A stretch of 64,000 nt of DNA from the human T2T-CHM13v2.0 reference genome, Homo sapiens. Below are positions 15,874-29,440 of this stretch, piece after piece. The notes beneath the pieces are model-generated. The model searched no databases and was not told the DNA's origin. It saw only the letters and a list, made by a program, of their open reading frames with translations. The number at the start of each line of letters is the position of its first letter. The stretch's first letter is position 1. A program made the translations under genes and the position numbers. The stretch lies in assembly GCF_009914755.1 (NCBI RefSeq), contig NC_060926.1; one strand, written 5' to 3'.

Positions 15874-18409
15874 CATAAATGTTTCATATACCACATTTCC
15901 TTCTGTGCAGAGGAAATGAAGTTGGTGACTACAGAATAGTCTGACTCACCTGAGTCTGGTCCCCTGATGACCCTATGAGAGGCACTGGGGCACCTACTGC
16001 TCCCTCTGAAAGGTGACAGTACAGAACCACAGAGGCTGACAGTTTACCCCATCACTCACTGTGAAACAGCAGAGCTGGAGCCACCTGGAGTTCTGGGTGT
16101 AGCACAGTCCTGAACATTCCACAGTGTTGCCTCCACTTCCAGAGCAAGCAGGCCTGCACAGTTCTCACCCCAGGGCCTCCCAGGAGGCACGTTCTACACT
16201 AGTTAGCCAGACATGCAGCACTTTAATAGTAGAGAGTAACGCCGCTCCCTTCTGCCTCACCATTCGGAATGTTTTTGTTGCTATTTTTGCATTTATCTTC
16301 CGAGTTTTTTTTTCTCCTTTCAATACTCTGCATTGATTTATGGACTGAAGGCTTGGTTGTATCACCAACCACTCAGAGCTGTGCTGGAACTGCCAGCTTA
16401 GTGAGCCTGCCATCCACCAGGATCCTGATGAGTGGAGTTTGGGTCCATTCTGATGTGGAAAGAAGATTAGAAAATTAGGAAAATCCAGGACTCCGGACTG
16501 ATATTCAGGAAGACACTGGGTTCGCCACTCCAGGTGCCTGGGAAGCCTGAGGGATCTGCATGGGTAGGAGGGTGGGAGACAGTTGAGAGCCAGGATAAGG
16601 ATGTGCAGGGAGGGAACTGGGGGTACAGGACAGGCCTGGACCCCCTGACTCTTATGCAGGCAGTGGTCGCATGTTTATGTGGAGCCCCTGGCTACTCCCC
16701 TGGCCAGGACCAGGCGGAGAAGCGTGAGTTCATTTCCCTCTCGCTTCAAAGGCCCCAGGCGCATGCTGAGACACTGCAGTCTCTTTCCTTTCATAAGAGG
16801 GGAGAAGTCACTTTCCCAGCCCGGGTGGCCTTCAGTCGGGCACCTCTCCTAGGTGCGGCGCTGACCTCGGCGCCCCTCAGCTGCCGGCAGCACAGGACAT
16901 GGCCTGGCTCCGGGATCAGCTATTCTCACTTCCAGCACGAGATCCCCGCACCCCTCCTCTGCCTCCCTCATCCTCTACTGCCAGTGAGGCCCTTCACTAG
17001 AAGACCCCTGAGGCGCCCTCTAACTCAGAGCCCTGCAGTTCAACGCAGGTGAAAGGGGAACATGGAGGGTGACGCGGCATTGACAGTGGGATGCACGTGT
17101 CTTCCCTGCCAGGCCGCACTGTCCCTGGCTCCGCTCTAGCCATCACCGTCACGCTTCCCTACTACATCTAACTCAGCAGTGCTTCTGTGTGTCTTATTTC
17201 CAGTATCATAGGAAATTTTCAGAATAGTCTGTCCATATGCACAGTTCAGTGATTTCTGAGTTAACAGAGGTTAAAATTCTCCCAGCAGAAGCTCCCACTA
17301 GTCTTATTCATCTTGAGTATAGATTAGCACAGACATTTTCTCCAGTGCCGGCCATTGCCATTTTCTTTGAATTTTAGTGCTAGATAGAATTATTGAGATC
17401 ATGCCTTCAAAATTTAATATGTGAAGAAACTTAGGTCCTGGGAGTTGAAGTCACCTGCTTGCCATTCATACTCCTTCCACAGGGACGAGTCTAGAATTGC
17501 CATCTTGGTTTTGCTACATCTCAAGCCTTTCCTCTACCTTTCAAAACCGGGACATATTCGGAGGGTCACAACGCAGTGTCATCTCTAAGATAATTTTCTG
17601 AGACATAGGAAGATCCGTGTTTAGCAGGCATTCATCTGCTTCGAGTCAGAAAGACAGATCTCGGCTTCATGTCCTGCATGCTCCCTCAGCTGGAGAGACA
17701 AGGAGGCCCGCCCGAAGGCAGCTCCACTCAAGAAGAACCCTTCCTCAGACCCCTAATTTGAGTAAGCGCTCAGGAAGGACACAGAACTACAGCTGGGGAT
17801 GGAACGGAGGGACTGAGTTTTGCACTAAGTGCTACATGACACATTCCAGATCTCTTCCTCAATACCTGTCACTTGATTGGAAAGCCCACTTCTGGGCGCC
17901 CCGATTCTTTCACTGAACTGCTGGAGTGGCACTATATCACGGAGCAGAGCGGCACACCTGCCTCTCAAGGCACCCCTGTGGTCCCTGTGGGGGCCCTCTC
18001 TTCTCTGATAACTCATTTGCCTCTTTTGCTCAATAAATGCAGACATAATCTGATTCCACCTTGATCTCCTTTTTTCTTTCTCTTCTAAACCACAGGGTGT
18101 TTTCCTACCATAACGACCTCCCTGCAATCACAACGCTTCAAATACTGGTGAGGTACCCACATCAGATCCTCTGTGATGGCACACACGCCTTGCCCAGGTC
18201 CTGCGGGCAGAAGCGTCGGGGCTGCTGGGCACGAGGAGGGCACAGCGCTGGGCTGCTGGGAGCTGTGAGTACAGGTGAGGAGGTATCTGAATTTTGCTTT
18301 CAGATACTGATAAAATACTCAAAGTTGCTCTTAAGAGTTGTTTAAAATGAATGCTGTCTGGAATATGATTTCCCTATTGCTTATAAAAATATTTAGGATT
18401 GACTGGCAT

Positions 18410-18520
18410 GTTTTTAAACTTTTAGGTTCGGGGGTCCATGTGCAGGTTTGTTTTATAGGTAAACGCGTGTTGCAGGGGTTTGCTGTACAGATTAGTTTTC
18501 ACCCAGGTCATAAGCATAAT
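18410..18520 (-). mobile_element. L1 (older L1PA/L1PB) 3' end fragment
   Basis: ttttaggttcgggggtccatgtgcaggtttgttttataggtaaac...tacagattagttttcacccagg resembles the reverse L1P 3' UTR end. Confidence 0.7.
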
Positions 18521-18927
18521 TCCCCAGGATGTTTGTTTTAACAAAGAAAAGCAGAAATACTACATCTTAGTAACCATCTTCCCGCACTGCATACACTGAC
18601 TAGAGGGGCCGGAGGACCTGTGGTTTATGTGCTGCATTTTGCCACTGTTTTTTCTGACTTTTGGAGATTGTGCAGGTCCATGGTCCTGTCTGCACACACC
18701 CTGCATGTGGGAAAATGGCCTGTCATGGCCTCGGGTCCTGCTGAGACAGCAGTTCACCACTCATCCCTTAGAGAGGAGAAGGGTGGGGCCGGCCTGGGGG
18801 AAATCTCCCCTCCCAGGTTGGGCCTTCCCTCTGCTCCTCATCTGCCGTGGCAGACAGAGAAGCAGACACACCTGGAGAGATTGATACCAGTGCCAGAGAG
18901 GATGCCTAGTGCGCACTTTGAATACCT

Positions 18928-19182
18928 CACGTCTGCTGGGCCTTGCAGACACTTCCTCCACCCTCAGCGATGCCCATGTCTGCTGCGCCTTGCAAGTACT
19001 TCCTCCACCCTCAGCGATGCCCACGTCTGCTGCGCCTTGCAAGTACTTCCTCCATCCTCAGCGATGCCCACGTCTGCTGCGCCTTGCAAGTACTTCCTCC
19101 ACCCTCAGCGATGCCCACGTCTGCTGCGCCTTCCAAGTACTTCCTCCACCCTCAGTGATGCCCACGTCTGCTGGGCCTTGCA
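18928..19182. repeat. Minisatellite, 47-bp unit, ~5.4 copies
   Basis: cacgtctgctgcgccttgcaagtacttcctccaccctcagcgatgcc starting at 18928, 18975, 19022, 19069, 19116, 19163. Confidence 0.95.
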
Positions 19183-20089
19183 GGGTCTGTGTGGTCGCTT
19201 CTTTGTTCTTCTGGGTGCTAATTACTGGGGAGCTGGTTTTGGTGCATTATATGAAAATTACCCAAAATACACTCCCAGCCATTTTGTGTGTGTTGTTCTC
19301 TGTATGGTTATTTCTGGGCCTCCGTCTCATTACCATAAATGTCTGTGCGTTGAGGAGCTCGACCTACTTATCCACCAATAGAAGGGATTCTCTGGACTGA
19401 AGTTTGTTTCCCTGTGCCTTTGCATCGGCTGCTGTCTTTTGCTTTCTGTCTCTGTAAATCAATCTACTCCGTGCAGCAGGTGCAATGCCTTCCTCAACTC
19501 CAGGAAAGGAGCGTGCATCACCTCACTCCTGTCCACGCCCTCAGTGCAGGGCTCAGGGAACCCAGGAAGGCACCTGTCCCCCCTTCACACATACGTGAGG
19601 ATGCCCCACTAAGTCACATATTTCTAAAGTCATCTCGGTTCCTGTCACTGCCCAAAAGCCTTCTTGACGACCGAAAGGAAGCATGCAGGCCAGACACTGC
19701 CTACACTCCCATGGCCATTGATGGTGTGAGGTAATAGCAGCCTTAGAGAGGCACTGGCTCAGGTTTTGGAAGATCCCCCACAGCTGATTAAGCTGCAACA
19801 ACATGTCTCTCAGAAGAATGATCTTACACAGGGAATTGAGGCACGGAGGAAAACGTCTATTTAAGATAGGAGGCATTTATGAAATTCCATGAGCCATGTA
19901 TTTACCTAGGTGAGATATGGAGGTGCCTAGATACTTTCATCAAACTGAAAACTGCAAAGTCTTTGGAGAGGGCAATGTAGCACAACCCTTTTATCAGATC
20001 CAAGAGAAATGTAATGATCACAATTTTGCACAACCAAGCTCTGCTGGGCATGGCACTGGGGGGAGGAGGAGGGAACTAACAGAATAATA

Positions 20090-20480
20090 GTTATTCATTT
20101 AACAGCTGTTTATTGTCACACTTAGAGATGAACAATGAACCAAAGAAACAGAATCCTTGTAGTCATGGCTGTTCCATTGCAGTTGGTGAAAGAGGTAAAA
20201 ATAGAGAGTAATAAATACTGTGATGCCACATAGTGACGTGTGTTCCACGAAAAATGAAGCAAAATCAAAAGACAACGGACAGTACGTGGGATGGGGGGTC
20301 GGGCAAGTCCTCATTGAGAAGGTGCCACTTGAGCAGAGATCTGAAGAGGTGGGAAAGTGAGCTATGCCAGGGAGAGTGTTCTGGGGGAGGAAAGAGAGGG
20401 TGCCAAGGCCCAGGGTTGTGTGCCTGAAGCTCCAGGAGCAGTGGAGCCACGTGCTGGTGGAGTGTGCTGGAAGGGCAGGT
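20090..20480 (-). mobile_element. L2 fragment
   Basis: attcatttaacagctgtttattg...ctcattgagaaggtgccacttgagcagagatctgaag...gagtgttctggggg is typical reverse L2 3' sequence. Confidence 0.7.
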
Positions 20481-21374
20481 GGAGGGCTGGGAGGTTGAGG
20501 CTGGGACACACCAACTTGGCATCAAGACACAACCCTGGATGCCTTCTGCTGAAGCCAGGGAAGCCTGGGCCAACCACATGCACAGTCTAAAGGAGAACAA
20601 TGGCACCAGCAGGCAGAAGCCAGGTTGCCTGTGTCAGCGTGCCTGGGAGGCTCCCTGGAGGCTCACGGAGGACCTCTGAGTGACACACTCTTCACACCTC
20701 ACACTGTTCTCATCATCCTGTGGATGAAGGGATGGATCTGAGGAGGAGTTCAAGGTCATATGGCTAGGACATACATCTAGGAATCCAACTCATGTTGGTC
20801 TAATGGACCAGGCAGCTTCCACAGCCCCCACCGAGATGACAGGGCCCTTCTGCAGAGAACCCAGGTGAGAGCTCAGAGAGCCACGGAAATTACCCCAGGG
20901 CTCCCAGGTGATAGAGAAGACCTGGTCCCTAGGTATCTCTGTTTCTACTCGGAGGAAGTTCAGGCGACACAGATTCTAGCCCCAAAATGGAAGAAATACC
21001 ACCTAGGCTGAGGAAAACACAACTTGGGCCAGAAAAAAACGCAGAGGGGTGAGGATGCCTTGGCTTCAAGTTGTTAATGTCGCTTCACTTTGAACACTGA
21101 ACAAAAATTTATTTTCTGAATTCTTCCGAAGACTGAACAATTTTGGATTCAAAGAAAGAGGAACCCAGTGGCTTAATGTGTAAGGGAAGTTTTTTCTGAA
21201 GTGATTTGCCTCATCCAAAGACTGGAACAGATCACAGGAGACTGTGGTGCGTGTGGCTCTTCAAGCACACGTGTGTGCATGTTTAGATGGGGTTTCTGGA
21301 GCATCAGGAGAAGAGACTGCACTGAGCTCAGTGGCAACAGGCCCAGGACAGGGTGCCCAGTGCCCAGGTGTGCT

Positions 21375-21562
21375 ATAGAAGGTGACAGGACATTCTGTGT
21401 GGACACTGCCTAGCACAGTGCCATGAGCCACATAGGCCAACCCACATGCGATTGGTGTGGCGAGGAAGTGAATTTTTAACATTATTCAGTTGTAATGAAT
21501 TTAACTTATTTACATTTAAATAAACACATTGGTCTAGGGTTTGCCATGTTGGCCAGCATGGA
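21375..21562. mobile_element. MER3-like hAT-Charlie DNA transposon remnant
   Basis: agccacat...gaggaagtgaatttttaacattattcagttgtaatgaatttaa...aaataaacacattggtctag...ccatgttggccagc follows the MER3 layout. Confidence 0.6.
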
Positions 21563-21604
21563 TGCAGAGGTGGAAGTTCAGAGGGAGCTGGGCTCTAATT
21601 TTGA

Positions 21605-21908
<304 letters not shown>

Positions 21909-22362
21909 GATTTTGATTTTTATAACATATATATATATATATATACAACCTCATATATGTAATTTATAGATATGTATTCATATGACATGTATTTTCTATA
22001 AACGGCCCACCAGCAGAGCAGCACACATGTGGGACAGCGCTTTCATGTTCTTGTGTGCTACAGTGATTTCAATGCTGTCCTTTCTATGAGCTAAAAGGTG
22101 AATGCATGAAGTCTCATTTATTTATAAAGCTTTGAGGGTCTTTTTATTTGATGACATTTTAGGTATCTGGCTTACATAAATTAAGGGATTAAAAAAATAA
22201 GAGTCACATTCTTCCACCCAGAGAATGAGCTGTTTGGAGTCAACAGCTACTCAGATAGAGACAGACTGAAACATTCGAACGAATTACACCACTGTCTCTG
22301 TCTCTCTGTCTGTCTCATTCTCTCTTTCTCTCTCTCTTCCCCCTACCCCCTGTCTCTGTCAT

Positions 22363-22363
<1 letters not shown>

Positions 22364-22407
<44 letters not shown>
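22364..22407. repeat. (CA)n microsatellite, ~21 units
   Basis: Uninterrupted acacac... run. Confidence 0.95.
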
Positions 22408-22409
<2 letters not shown>

Positions 22410-23557
22410 CACAGGTCAAAGACTTTCTGGATCAGTTGGATGACCGTGAAGACTCCCTGTCCCCAGAGTGATTGCTTTTATTGTCAGTGCTCGGAACCCG
22501 GGGAGCAGAGATAAGACTGTGAAAATTCTGGTTCTTCTGTTTTCCAGAATGGGTTTGAGACACAGGTGGCTGCTCACATAAATGTGCTAGATTGGGAGGG
22601 AAATTGAGAGGACATCAGGGTTCCTTCTCTTTGTCTCTAGTCTTCCATATTTCATCCGTGTCAAAGAGAAGACTCTGATCTGCTTCGGCAGAGCTTGCAG
22701 AGACAACATGACCACTTTCTTAGCAATCTGAAGTTTAGTGAGCCTCAGTATTCAGAAATGTATGTTTTTATTTTCAAATCAAATACTTAAAGCCTCCACC
22801 TCAGTTTATGACTTCTAATTCTGCCCCCTGTAAAGAACCATGCTTTGTATTTTTTATATACACACCTCTTCCATACTGTATTATGTATTTCTTCCAGAAA
22901 ATGGTGACTCTGTTTAGTTTTGTGTCTGCATGCAACCCAGTGCCCTTCTGGGCACAGAGAAAAAAAACACACCGTGTTTTGAAATGAGCTGTCATGATAT
23001 TCTGAATCTTTTAAACTCTTGCAGCCTTAATATACATGATATACTTGCTGCGTGTGGGGAGGGGGTCATGGATGTTAGGTTCAGGGTTACAGAAGAGCAT
23101 GAATAAATGGGTGGGAGCATAATATCATATTGAAATTGTCCTTAATCACAATTGTGATGTTATGGTTCTGAACTGCTTCCCATCTCTCAATCGTTTTTAT
23201 ATTCTGCAACTTCTTTAAGCTTCAAAATAAGACAGCGAAGTGAAGGAAGGGCACGTACTATTATCCTAATCTTAAGTGAAACTGAGGTCCAGTGAAGCTA
23301 GGTGACTCGCTTAGGACATGTGACACAGCCAGAGCTGGAAACACACCTCATTCCTCAACTCCATCTACCCGTGGATAAACCAGAACTTGGAATGAAACCT
23401 AAATTCACAAGGCATAGCAGATAAACTGTTATTTTCTTAGAGTGGACTTTATAAGCAAATTGAACAGAAACATATTCGACCCCACTATCTTACATTTTCT
23501 GTTTTCATTATCATGCTAAAAGGAGTTTCCCCAGGACTTTATGCATCCACCTGCATC

Positions 23558-23858
23558 TTTTTTTTGTTTTTCAAGATGGAGTTTTGCTCTTGTCACCCAG
23601 GCTGGAGTGCAAGGCTGTGATCTCGGCTCACAGCAACCTCCGCCTCCCAAGTAGGTTCAAGCAATTATTCTGCCTCAGCCTCCCAAGTAGCTGGGATTGC
23701 AGGCATGTGCCACCACACCCGGCTAATTTTTGTATTTTTAGTAGAGACAGGGTTTTGGCCTGTTGGCCAAGCTGGTCTCAAACTCCTGACCTCAGGTGAT
23801 CTGTCCCCCTCAGCCTCCCAAAGTGCTGGGATTACAGGCGTGAGCCACCACACCCGTC
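23558..23858 (-). mobile_element. Alu (AluSp/Sq-like) with TSD
   Basis: gagttttgctcttgtcacccaggctgg...ctcaggtgatc; flanked by acctgcatctt on both sides. Confidence 0.93.
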
Positions 23859-24902
23859 CTCTACCTGCATCTTAAATGTACATGGCATGATATTTACAGC
23901 CAGATTTTTGCTTTGTATCAAAGTACCTGAAGGTTTATGAAAAATAGGATAAATTATATTTCTATAATTTAGCACAGTTTGCATGAAGAGAGTTTAGGTT
24001 TTTTAAAATCATATATTGACACCTAAAAATGTCTAATTCTATGATTACTCATTCCCAAGATGCAGTGCCATGTACTTCAACGTAGCTGCACATGCCATGT
24101 CCTAAAAATGCCTCCGTGGATGCAGGGAGAGGTTAGTTTTAAGATGATACCAAATCATCATATTCTTTCTCCCAACTGTGTCCACAGTCTTCCTCTGGTT
24201 GAAGCCTCGCATACCAAACATATGATCTTTGTTTCTATGTTGGTCTCAGAACTCATTGCCTTTTCTGCTGACTGCAGTGAAAACTGGTTGGCTAATTCTG
24301 CTTTTCACAGTCTGTCTGCGTTTCAACTTGCTTTCCTCATCAGGGATATTTCCCTGAGAAAGACAGGAGAGGATAATTGGCTAATCAATATGGAGAATGG
24401 TGTCCTGCAGGGAAGCTGGGGAGTTCAGAGGCCACACAGCAGACCCCTCACCCCCTCCATGCTGTCCTCCTGTGAAAACTCAAGCCTATGAAAATTTGTC
24501 TTCCACAAATACCAGGATGCTCTAGCAACTTGGGGCTAGCACCTCATCCTGTTTGAAAGAAAACACACCCTGGGAACTTTACCATGAGAAAAGAAATGTT
24601 TCTGTGAGAAGGAATTTTTATAGCATGAGTTCTGCCTTGAATTCCCTTTAAAAAAGAAGGTGGGGAGTGGAAACACCCCGTTAGAAAATTGTCCCATGCA
24701 CAGGACTGATTTACAGTGAGGACAGAGCCTGATACTAGAATGGAACAGGCACAGATTACTGGCCATGGTGATCCCACAGCTGGCTGAAGAGTCAGGGCAC
24801 ACTCCTCCAACAAAAGCAGCCCCTGCTTCCTGTTCGACTCCCCTGACCCCCACATCGACTCTGCCTCAGGGCGGCCTCCATGCCTTGCCCAGAGCAGCTG
24901 CA

Positions 24903-25441
24903 GCCATCATTTCGCACATCAAGAAGTTCCTAACGTCCGCGGCCATCAGATCGCACATCAAGAAGGTCCTAATGTCTGCAGCCATCAGATCGCACAGCGA
25001 GAAGGCCCTAATGTCCGCGGCCATCAGATCGCACAGCGAGAAAGCCCTAACGTCTGCGGCCATCAGATCGTACATCGAGAAGGCCCTAACGTCCGCAGCC
25101 ATCAGATCGTACGTCGAGAAGGCCCTAACGTCCGCGGCCATCAGATTGCACATCGAGAAGGCCCTAATGTCCGCAGCCATCAGATCGCACAGTGAGAAGG
25201 CCCTAATGTCCACAGCCATCAGATCGCAAGTCGAGAAGGCCCTAATGTCCACAGCCATCAGATCGCACACTGAGAAGGCCCTAACATCCGCGGCCATCAG
25301 ATCGCACATCGAGAAGGCCCTAATGCCCACAGCCATCAGATCACAAGTCGAGAAGGCCCTAACGTCCACAGCCATCAGATGGCAAGTCGAGAAGGCCCTA
25401 ATGTCCGCGGCCATCAGATCGCACGTGGAGAAGGCCCTAAG
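24903..25441. repeat. CpG-rich minisatellite, 39-bp unit, ~14 copies
   Basis: Consensus gccatcagatcgcacatcgagaaggccctaatgtccgcg. Confidence 0.97.
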
Positions 25442-27762
25442 GTGACCACACAGATTTCCTCTCAAGCAGCCCCTCCTCCTCAGAGGCCAGCAGCCCAGGA
25501 CACCACCGCACACCTTTGGGTCACTGATCTGGAGAACGCGATACAGGAAGCCAGGAAGACTTTAGAAAAGGAAGACACCTGCGTGTCACCGGATTTAGCC
25601 CCGTGATCAAGTGGCAAGGCAGCCCTGAGATTCAGTAAAGAGTAATGAAGAAAGAACCTCATATATTCTCCAAAGTATTCCAGAAACAGAGCATTTAAAG
25701 CAACATCTATGTGCTAAAGGCAGCTGCACACACGCAAGCTTTCTTTAGTCTAGAAAGCACATTGCTAGGCTCTTCCTCAGGAAATGCTGATTCCTGTCTA
25801 AGGGAAGATGCAATGTCTGCTATAAAGAATATATGTATGTGTGTGTATACATTGATTTAGAGATATTTTAGTGGACTGGAGTATGAACATAAACCATACC
25901 TTGCTAGGTATTATATATCCATTTACTATATATTTCTCAAATCACATGAATCCAAAAAATATTTATCATAACATAAAAAGATCTGATAATAGAAAAATCT
26001 ATGGCCATTGAACAATAACTTTCTTAACTTTAGGATAACAAGGGGATTTTTAATTGGTGCAGACTTAGACTGTAATGATGTATTCTGAAAACAAAATTCT
26101 TCATGCAAAAGACCAGCCTATGGTAGGTCTACGTATAATAAATATAACTTTGCTTAATTAAATATGAACTTAATCTGAAATGAGTTTCTCAGGTATTATC
26201 CCCTGTTGTTCAAATAAGCAGAAGGTGATCAGGAGAACACGAGTTCCATTACAAGGAAAACCATGCAAAGTGTTTGATTACCTATCCCCCACCTACAGAA
26301 AATAATATAATCTTAATTAGCCTCAGTTTCTAATTTGTATGATGAGAGTAAAAGAGCTTCTGCCCTACCCATCTTATGCAATCAATGTGAAGATCAAATT
26401 CAATAATGTGATTAAATATGCCTATTGGAAACTTACATTATTAGGACTATTTTGATTCATATAAGCAACAATGCTGGAGGATCCTTGAAATTAAAATAAA
26501 TACTTAATCTTAAATTATAAACAATAGTCCTTCTATAACCTGTGGGTTCCTATTGTAATAATCTGGGGGTTTGTATACATTTGTTTTATCTGAAACAAAA
26601 CCTCTTAGTAAAGTCCACATTTCAGTTTACTATAGAGGTGAAAATACCCGACTGGATGAACAAATAATGGCATCCAGCCGGGATAAATCGCCTGAGACTT
26701 TCTCTCTACTCGCAAGGCTGAGGCCAGCATGACCTTGTCCCAGCAGTTCCGTCACGACGCCCTGGTTTCTGCACTCAGACGGCCACCCTGTGCCACGCAG
26801 GATGGGCGCGGGAGTCACACTCCGCTCTGTGCTCTGGCCACGTGGCTTCCTTTTAATCTCAGGTCTCGTCTGTGCTTCTCTGTGTTAGAAAAGGAGCACA
26901 ATCAACTGCAGGGGAATCGGTTGCTGGCCCAGGGACATAGCAGTCACTAAGAGTGTCACCCAAGGAACATGAAAGGCCAGCCTCGGGATGCTGACCCAGA
27001 ACTCCAGCGATCAGAGGAATGGGACCCCCCAGCTTTTAGGGAGTGCATGGTTTCTGCCAAGCCACTGGAAGGGAGGACAAAAGGACGTCTCTGGTAGGCA
27101 CCGTATGGAATCTCCCGTACTTACGCTGCACATCTCACATTAAAGATGCTGCTGTCATGGCAGACATTTACATTTGTTGATAGTGATTTTGGCACTACAT
27201 TTAACAGTGAGGTAACAAGTGAGTAACGTGCTCAACAAGTGAGAACATTCAAACAGGAGATGGGCTGATGTATGCCTTTCAAAGCCTCCTTTTAATACAT
27301 TAAACGTAACTAGGAGTTTGATCACGTAAAATGACTGTTCTATCAACAGTTATCCTGTTCCTTTGATATAGAAGCTGCTTGGAGATTTCTGACCCTGATG
27401 GGGTATAAGAGACTAGAAGATATTCCATCCAGCTGGAGTACCTGCAGGTGACGTTGGCTAAATGGGGTGTTGAAACACCCACGTGGGGCTCCTCCAATGG
27501 AGACGTCCTTCTCCCAGAGAAAGCCTTCGTGAGCGTGTCTCCAGGAGTCAGGCCTCTCAGGTGATTATGTCTTAGGAGAAATGCATTTGTTTGCCTTAGA
27601 AATCAAACAAGCCTTCGGTGTCCCTCCAGAGAATCTGTGGCAATGGAAACCTGGTGGAAGGGCCCCGCAAGGGCATGCAAATGCTGTTGTTTCTAAGTGG
27701 CTGCCTGGGATCTGGGATTCTCATGAGAGGCTCTCTGAAAGGGAGTGGAGTATCACGCTCTA

Positions 27763-28278
27763 CTGCCAGGATGCTCAGTAAACTGGGTGCACCTGTCTCA
27801 CACTGGTAGCAGGTAGGTTATCTCTCAACATCTCCCTGTGGCTGCACCCTGCCAGGATGTTCAGTAAACTGGGTGCACCTGTCTCACACTGCTAGCAGGT
27901 AGGTTATCTCTCAACATCTCCCTGTGGCTGCACCCTGCCAGGATGCTCAGTAAACTGGGTGCACCTGTCTCACACTGGTAGCAGGTAGGTTATCTCACAA
28001 CATCTCACTGTGGCTGCACCCTGCCAGGATGCTTAGTAAACTGGGTGCACCTGTCTCACACTGCTAGCAGGTAGGTTATCTCACAACATCTCTCTGTGGC
28101 TGCACCCTGCCAGGATGCTCAGTAAACTGGGTGCACCTGTCTCACACTGGTAGCAGGTAGGTTATCTCTCAACATCTCCCTGTGGCTGCACCCTGCCAGG
28201 ATGCTCAGTAAACTGGGTGCACCTGTCTCACACTGCTAGCAGGTAGGTTATCTCTCAACATCTCCCTGTGGCTGCACC
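27763..28278. repeat. Minisatellite, 86-bp unit x6
   Basis: ctgccaggatgctcagtaaactgggtgcacctgtctcacactg(g/c)tagcaggtaggttatctctcaacatctccctgtggctgcacc at 27763, 27849, 27935, 28021, 28107, 28193. Confidence 0.97.
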
Positions 28279-29299
28279 TTCCTGAGTAGCTCACTTGATT
28301 CCTTTAAAAGTCCTGTCATAGGTGATAATAGAAGTTATTTCCTTAGGGAGCCAGCTGCTGAACATGAATTCTGAAACCAGGCACCCCACAATTAACTATG
28401 AATTCTTTCATGGTCCTGCTACCTCTTCACAAGTGTTTGCTTTCAGCACCTCCTGTCTTCCGTGCTCTGGACTCAGCATTTGCTGACCACATGAGTGGTG
28501 GGCACCATGCCAGGTCTGGCCGCAGAGTTAGAAATCCTGGGTCCTGAGGCACGATCAGCCAGTCGCTCCTTTGGCGGTGCTGTCACACATCCACTGGGTG
28601 CCCATTTACTTGCATTTTTCTGGCAAAAATGTCTTTAATTCTAGTTTGCTTTCCAGCGTTTAAAAACAATTATATCCTAAGTGTTCAAGTGAGAATAGAC
28701 AAACCCTATGCAGTCACATTCTAAAGCTATTTCAATAAGGCTTCTGACTACCTTTCAAAGTACATCACTTTTTATTTTTAAAGAAATATTTACATTTGAC
28801 CATAAATAAACTAAAATTGAATTTTTAATTCTAGAAAATGAAGAGCAAAACTTAAAACCTGGTTAAGGCCCCTGGTGTAAACGATACCTATTTACAGATT
28901 TCCTATCTTAATCCGTCGCACCAAACATGAATGCCTCCTGCTTTCCAAACGGGTGAGAACGTGAAAGAGCCACATTGTATACCATCTTTCTAGTAAGCCC
29001 TGGGCAAGTTACAAATCATTAATCAGCCTCCACAATTAATGAGTCACTCAAAATGACACTCACTTAATACAGTGTCCAGAAATAATTTGCCAGGTTGATC
29101 TACTTTCCAAATATTTTACTACACAAATCTATTATTTTAATTCTTAGCATCTCATGAATGACACTGGTGCCTTGTGTCCCTGGTAGATTTAATAGCGATG
29201 ATGGTAAGTCTGTTGATAGGTGTTCTGATAGGCCTTCTCTACCCAGCATTCTACCATAGCGAGACAAAAAATCTTGGGAGACTAATTTTAATTTATGTA

Positions 29300-29440
29300 A
29301 TGCATGTGTGTGTGCATATGCATCTATGTGTATATACATATCTATCTATGTGTGTGTACATATGCATCTATGTGTATATATACATATCTATCTATGTTCT
29401 GTATATCTATCTGTGCCTGTGTATATATGTACATGTAAGT
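29300..29440. repeat. Low-complexity TG/TA/TATC repeat
   Basis: tgtgtgtgcatatgcatctatgtgtatatacatatctatc duplicated. Confidence 0.75.

Noticed and set aside
27763-28278. Regularly spaced direct repeats resembling a CRISPR array (also 24903, 46227, 53143)
   Set aside because: Head-to-tail units with no unique spacers, no cas genes, and a eukaryotic intron context; these are minisatellites.
28442-28462. TTCAGCACC, left half of a REST/RE1 site
   Set aside because: No GGACAG right half at canonical spacing; a half-site alone is insufficient.
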